A stretch of DNA of 64,000 nt, taken from the IMG/VR virus record IMGVR_UViG_2731957818_000004. One strand, 5' to 3'. Every line of letters starts with the position of its first letter. Within the stretch, counting starts at the first letter, position 1. This document shows, piece by piece, positions 59,950-64,000 of the stretch. A model generated the notes under the pieces. The model saw only the letters and a list, made by a program, of their open reading frames with translations, did not search any database and was not told the DNA's origin. Source of the stretch: a virus. Its lineage: Duplodnaviria; Heunggongvirae; Uroviricota; Caudoviricetes. The position numbers and the translations under genes are program-made.

Positions 59950-60464
59950 TTGGTCGAAGCCTCTGTGCCACTGGCTGCCAGAACAGCAAGAGCCGCATGG
60001 CTAATTTCTGATTCGCGAAGAGGGCTAACTGTCAGGATCTGATTAACCAGATTATCGAGATTTTTGGCCCCGTGACGCATCTCAGCGACAGCCCTGCATA
60101 GCTTGTATTCAGTGGAGTTTTTGTCGTAAGACCGGATGATCGACATCTCTGGTAATGCCTGGAATAAGAACTCGGCAATTGCCAGGGAGCCAATTACATC
60201 AGCACGTAAGCCTTCTGCGGCAAACTTTGCCTGCTCAAAATCATGTTCTGCCAACGCATCCAGTCTGGCGTAAATTTCACGGCCATCAGCGGTAACTTCC
60301 TGGATTTTACCCACACTTTCGCGCAGTTCTGCGAGGGATGGTGCGCTCGCCCCTGAAGTAATAGCGCTGCGTTCATGGGTGTGATCTTTGGCATAAGAAC
60401 CGTGTGACAGGCTGCTTAGTGCCAGTGCCACAACCATTGCGATTTTGGTGATTGAGTCTTTCAT
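59940..60464 (-). CDS. Periplasmic protein with a cleavable signal peptide.
   Basis: MKDSITKIAMVVALALSSLSHGSYA signal. Its own sigma70-like promoter TTGTCG-17-TACACT lies upstream. Confidence 0.5.
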   Translation of the reverse strand: MKDSITKIAMVVALALSSLSHGSYAKDHTHERSAITSGASAPSLAELRESVGKIQEVTADGREIYARLDALAEHDFEQAKFAAEGLRADVIGSLAIAEFLFQALPEMSIIRSYDKNSTEYKLCRAVAEMRHGAKNLDNLVNQILTVSPLRESEISHAALAVLAASGTEASTKWL

Positions 60465-60560
60465 GATTTATCTGCCTGCTTTTTGCTGGCTCGTAACTAA
60501 GTGTACGCGTTCCCTGAAACTGCGACAAACAGAAACGGCCCCAAAAGGAGCCGTATTGTA

Positions 60561-60809
60561 TTACAGGGTGCTCGCAAAAGCAGCAAATTCCGTATAACCC
60601 CCGATAGGTTCGCCATTTACGAACACCTGCGGTATGGTCTCCACCGGCTTGCCAACCAGGTCGCTCAACTTCTCTTTGTCGATCCCGGCAGACACAATAT
60701 CGATGTATTCATAATCGCCAAAGCCGTGGCCGTGCAGCTGCTTCGCCAGCTCGACCGCACGTTTGCAGTATGAGCAATTATCCCGTCCGTAGATAACGAC
60801 CTTCATCAC
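60561..60809 (-). CDS. Glutaredoxin / NrdH-like redoxin, the probable RNR electron donor.
   Basis: VVIYGRDNCSYCKRAVELAK CxxC glutaredoxin fold. 82 aa. Confidence 0.7.
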   Translation of the reverse strand: MMKVVIYGRDNCSYCKRAVELAKQLHGHGFGDYEYIDIVSAGIDKEKLSDLVGKPVETIPQVFVNGEPIGGYTEFAAFASTL

Positions 60810-61171
60810 TTCACCTCGTGCAGCTGCTGCTTGAGAAGATAGCCTTCCAGGGGCCAGATTTTGGCAATCGCGTTCTGGCGTGCAATTTTACGTCCGATCT
60901 CCGGATCAAAGTTCTCCGGGCTGGCGCACGCAGACTCGCCGGTTACGGTGTAGCCGTTCTCCAGCACAAGAACGCAGAATGTCAGCAGTTCGAGTGATTG
61001 CGGGGCCGGTTCAGGCTCTTCCTGCTTCAGCCACAACGGTGAGCTGCGATATCCGTCCGCGCCGGTAAAGTAAAATTCGCCTGAGATAACAGCTTCAATG
61101 CGTTCCGGGGTAACACGCGCGGCCGTTTTGCCTTTGGCCACAATCTCTTTTTCGATATCCATATCGGTCAT
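60806..61171 (-). CDS. Hypothetical protein.
   Basis: ATGA overlap with the glutaredoxin gene. Confidence 0.45.
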   Translation of the reverse strand: MTDMDIEKEIVAKGKTAARVTPERIEAVISGEFYFTGADGYRSSPLWLKQEEPEPAPQSLELLTFCVLVLENGYTVTGESACASPENFDPEIGRKIARQNAIAKIWPLEGYLLKQQLHEVK

Positions 61172-61186
61172 TTTGGTTTCCTTACG

Positions 61187-61390
61187 TTAAAAACGAGCGA
61201 TTCGGGCACGAAGAATTAGCTCATAGGCTTTCATCGCGTCCAGCTGCTTAATGAGCATGTTGCGGTCGACTTGAGGGAGACGACTAAAAATCTCGGTGGC
61301 TGTGAAGCACTCCAGCTTGAAAATACGGCGCGACAGATCTTCCTGTTCCTCTATCACACGCTGCTGGTGAGGCAGATATTCTTTGGTCAC
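61187..61390 (-). CDS. Small hypothetical protein, GTG start inferred.
   Basis: GGAGATAAGC followed by a GTG 11 nt after the phoH stop. The track ATG start would overlap phoH by 80 nt. Confidence 0.3.
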   Translation of the reverse strand: MTKEYLPHQQRVIEEQEDLSRRIFKLECFTATEIFSRLPQVDRNMLIKQLDAMKAYELILRARIARF

Positions 61391-61400
61391 GCTTATCTCC

Positions 61401-62174
61401 TTATTGGTAGGCTTCAAGCGCAATTTTGCATAACTCAGACCGTACACAGTCCTCGCTCTCGAACTCGATCCGTCCAACATATTCAGACGGCTTAAAGCGC
61501 TCCATAGCGTCTTCCAGCCCGGATTTGACGCTGCCAGGAAGATCGCATTGGGTGATGTCCCCGTTAACGATAACCGTGACGTTTTCTCCCATACGGGTCA
61601 GGAACATTTTCATTTGTGACGCTGTCACGTTTTGAGCTTCATCCAGAATTACCACAGCGTTTTCGAAAGTGCGCCCACGCATGTAAGCGAAGGGGGCAAT
61701 CTCCACTTTGGCCACCTCTGGCTTTAAGCAGTATTCGAGAAACGAGCCACCCAGACGCTTCTGTAGCACGTCATAGACGGGCCGGAAGAACGGAGCGAAC
61801 TTCTCGCTCATGTCGCCCGGAAGGAAGCCCAGATCTTCGTCTGCTTGCAATACCGGACGAGTCACGATGATCTTGTCCACTTCCTTATTAAGTAGACGCT
61901 GCGCTGCAACGGCCGCGGCCAGGTACGTTTTACCGCAGCCAGCTTCGCCAGTGGCGAACGTTAGCGTTTTGGTATCGAGGGAGATGAGATAGTGGGCCTG
62001 GGCCTCGTTTCGCGCTTCGAGAGGAGAGTTGTCGCGCTTCGGTTTCGGAGGCAGAGCAGGGGCGGCAGCCAGCTCGTCAACGATGATTGTGTCAATTTCG
62101 TAGCCGTGGATGCGTGGCTTTGACTTCAGTGCCTGACGAGCTGCGCGACGCGCCTGTTTACGTTTGTTTCCCAT
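61401..62174 (-). CDS. phoH: PhoH-like ATPase. Start moved to MGNKRKQ.
   Basis: GEAGCGKTYLAAAVAAQ Walker A and PhoH family architecture. AAAGGA RBS. The track N-terminus translates the class B palindrome. Confidence 0.75.
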   Translation of the reverse strand: MGNKRKQARRAARQALKSKPRIHGYEIDTIIVDELAAAPALPPKPKRDNSPLEARNEAQAHYLISLDTKTLTFATGEAGCGKTYLAAAVAAQRLLNKEVDKIIVTRPVLQADEDLGFLPGDMSEKFAPFFRPVYDVLQKRLGGSFLEYCLKPEVAKVEIAPFAYMRGRTFENAVVILDEAQNVTASQMKMFLTRMGENVTVIVNGDITQCDLPGSVKSGLEDAMERFKPSEYVGRIEFESEDCVRSELCKIALEAYQ

Positions 62175-62221
62175 ATTGAGTCCTTTCAAGTGAGTCACCG
62201 AAAGAACTATACCGACAAATA

Positions 62222-62242
62222 ATAGGTAAGTCATTACTTATC
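62222..62242. promoter_or_regulatory. Class B palindrome ATAGGTAAGTCATTACTTATC.
   Basis: Upstream of phoH. Confidence 0.5.
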
Positions 62243-62412
62243 AATTGCATTTTTATGAGACATTCAAGACTCATTGTTTCAGTCTTTGGAAGACTGTTGC
62301 TGCGCGGTTATCGAAACTTGGTTAATGCTAATGTACGCGTACATTAGCATTAACCCTCTCATTCCGGCAACAAATAGCATTACAGCAGTGGGAAGCGACG
62401 AGAACCATCAAC

Positions 62413-62437
62413 AAAAAAGGGGCCGAAGCCCCTTTGG
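62413..62437. terminator. Bidirectional intrinsic terminator GGGGC-CGAA-GCCCC flanked by A- and T-runs.
   Basis: Seen directly. Lies downstream of the tRNA on the minus strand. Confidence 0.6.
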
Positions 62438-62591
62438 ATTTTGCGCTGAAAAAAGTGTAACTACGATGCTAAGAAGCACTATGGTTAAGAACGTCTGCCG
62501 TGTCTATCACAGCGTTGAACGGTCTGGCGACATTTGCGGAGTCTTTCCGTTCGGACGGTGGTGGCGAACTCCAAACCGTTCAGCGCTGTGT

Positions 62592-62666
62592 TGGCGATGG
62601 TGGGTGGACTCGAACCACCGACCAGTTGATTAACAGTCAACCGCTCTACCACTGAGCTACACCATC
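62592..62666 (-). tRNA. tRNA-Asn (anticodon GUU) with an encoded CCA.
   Basis: Manual cloverleaf: acceptor GATGGTG/CACCATC (7 perfect bp), D-arm GCTC-AGTGGTA-GAGC, anticodon stem GTTGA/TCAAC with loop CTGTTAA, T-arm GGTGG-TTCGAGT-CCACC, discriminator G, CCA. Confidence 0.8.
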
Positions 62667-63397
62667 ATTATTCGCGGCGGTACTTGTTCATGGACAACCA
62701 GGCAACCAAGAACTTTCCCGCAACTTGCACTTTACGTTAGTGCCAGACGAGGCTTGTGGCTTGCTCACATAGAGCGAAGATCTGGAATCCTTCTCGGCGG
62801 TTGATGGCCGCCAGATTCTTCGATCTTATTGGATGTATGGAATCATCCATGTTGTGAAACCAGGGGCTACATAGGCAACAATGATTTCACCAGAGGGTTA
62901 AAGAATCCTGCTTTCACAACGTTGAGGCCACTGACCCATTTATGTTCGACCCAACATATTGATCAGTCACTACAGCTCTGTGGAATCACCTGTATGATTA
63001 AAAGAAAAACAGTGACCTCAACGTTGTGCGCTGGCTAACCAAGCCAGCCGGGTTACGTCGCCGCTTTTAACCCAAGATTAAACGACATAAGTAATGGAAA
63101 TGACGTAACAGGATGGACGGTCAGCTGGCTGAAACCGGGATGATGGAATGGAATGAGGAAAACCAACCGCCCATCCTGTTACTTCATCGAATAGGGCATG
63201 GGTGGTGCAACATGCCCTATCCTGCGTTCTGCAATCACACTCGCTCAGTGTGTCCCATTTCGGTGACGAGGCTGGAAACTGACCTCGCTGGTGTTTGGCT
63301 TCTTAGGCTACTGCCAGGTACGTATCTTCGTTTGCAGTTATATTTAACGTTCAAACAGTCGCGTCTCAACGAAAACAAATGAACCTTATACATAATA

Positions 63398-63418
63398 GAT
63401 AAGTAAGTAAATACTTAT
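63398..63418. promoter_or_regulatory. Class B-like GATAAGTAAGTAAATACTTAT.
   Basis: Seen directly. Confidence 0.4.
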
Positions 63419-63720
63419 TTTTCTGTTACTCGTTCAGTTGCTATCTTTTTGATCAAACTCACCTTCTGTTCCGGCGTTCTCGTGATGATGGCCGTAAAAC
63501 GCTTCGCTTGGATAGTGATAGTTTCGTTCTCCTTCAGTTCGCCGTAGTGAGTCTCCAGCAGAGAACCCAGGCGCCACAGACCGTCGTCTATGCGTTTATG
63601 GCTGGCAAATCTGATCAGCAGTAGCTTTACGATTAACTGACCAATGTAAAAGGCATATCCGACGCCGGCCGCCACGAGGTAGGTTGCCAGCCACCAGTCG
63701 AAAGAGGTCAAATTGCTCAT
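63415..63720 (-). CDS. Membrane-anchored protein.
   Basis: N-terminal TM segment WWLATYLVAAGVGYAFYIGQLIVKLLLI. Confidence 0.4.
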   Translation of the reverse strand: MSNLTSFDWWLATYLVAAGVGYAFYIGQLIVKLLLIRFASHKRIDDGLWRLGSLLETHYGELKENETITIQAKRFTAIITRTPEQKVSLIKKIATERVTEK

Positions 63721-64000
63721 TTCTGCACTCCCGTCTCGTGAACAACCCGATACAGACGCTTACCGATGCGAAGCGTTTTGGTTTTCAGTTCCTGCCTGAC
63801 CAGATCGGGGTCGTCTCAGAAAACGGAATCTATGGTCACTCCCGTTTTTGCAACACCGATTTTGACGACAAGTTGGCTTGCTTGAATCTATCCGGCGTCT
63901 GAATGGGATTTTATTCCCGCGCCTTGATGAGTTCCGCGCCTGATGAACCTCCAGAAAATATACGGCTTCAATGAGCCTTTCCGTTTTACAGGTTCCTCAA

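Noticed and set aside
62440-62590. Additional tRNA between tRNA-Asn and the terminator.
   Set aside because: There is no T-loop consensus and no 7-bp acceptor pairing. It is likely a 3' trailer.
63113-63902. Plus-strand ORFs 63113..63382 and 63684..63902, and 62829..63038.
   Set aside because: They have no RBS, an unusual composition, and overlap inverted repeats or the minus-strand membrane gene. They are likely non-coding.
1-64000. Initial impression of a T5-like (Tequintavirus) early region.
   Set aside because: This came from the conserved early-promoter cassette, the nrdAB/thyA/frd/phoH set, the SbcCD-like pair, the flap nuclease and the tRNA. It was rejected because GC is about 50 % against about 39 % for T5, the polymerase is DnaE-type and not T5 Pol A, and a P1-type RepA iteron replicon is present.

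Overview
The window reads as the early, replication and nucleotide-metabolism region of a large, roughly 50 % GC, enterobacterial-type phage-plasmid. It resembles the SSU5 / pHCM2-like elements with a P1-type RepA iteron replicon; that attribution is an inference from gene content. It is not T5: GC is too high and the polymerase is DnaE-type. About 85 % of genes lie on the minus strand in operons with overlapping stop/start codons.

Well-supported content:
- Class Ia ribonucleotide reductase (nrdA, nrdB), thymidylate synthase, DHFR, a glutaredoxin, PhoH, RNase HI, a DnaQ-like exonuclease, a FEN-type exonuclease and an SbcCD-like pair.
- A RuvC-like resolvase, a RecA/UvsX-like recombinase, a T4 gp32-like Zn-SSB, and a CobS-like AAA ATPase with a CobT/VWA partner.
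- Two adenine DNA methyltransferases, a Rha/KilAC regulator, a RelA/SpoT-type HD alarmone hydrolase, and one tRNA-Asn(GUU).
- A DnaE (Pol III alpha)-like polymerase gene split in two by an HNH endonuclease gene.
- A P1-like oriR/repA/incA replicon: a DnaA box, a GATC cluster, 5 upstream and 11 downstream copies of a 15-bp iteron.

Most distinctive signals:
1. A 17-bp palindrome, GAAAACAA-N-TTGTTTTC, sits between an extended -10 element and the RBS of at least 17 transcription units, mostly small early genes.
2. A second palindrome family, GATAGGTAAGTACTTACCTATC, occurs in about 18 intergenic regions in front of DNA-metabolism operons.
3. Terminator-like hairpins sit inside the 5' leaders of nrdA and rha.
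4. An operon of two ParB/Srx-nuclease-domain proteins and a soluble ABC-type ATPase runs divergent from an SF2 helicase; this is a candidate defence or partition module.
5. A perfect LexA (SOS) box lies in front of a tyrosine recombinase.
6. Several repeat-dense non-coding islands (6.4-7.0 kb, 9.6-11.15 kb, 21.2-21.8 kb) are not explained by any annotated feature.
7. A HicAB-like toxin-antitoxin pair is present.

No CRISPR array and no rRNA were found. Many start codons from the ORF track were moved downstream, because the track extended ORFs through the conserved 5' UTR motif using TTG/GTG starts.
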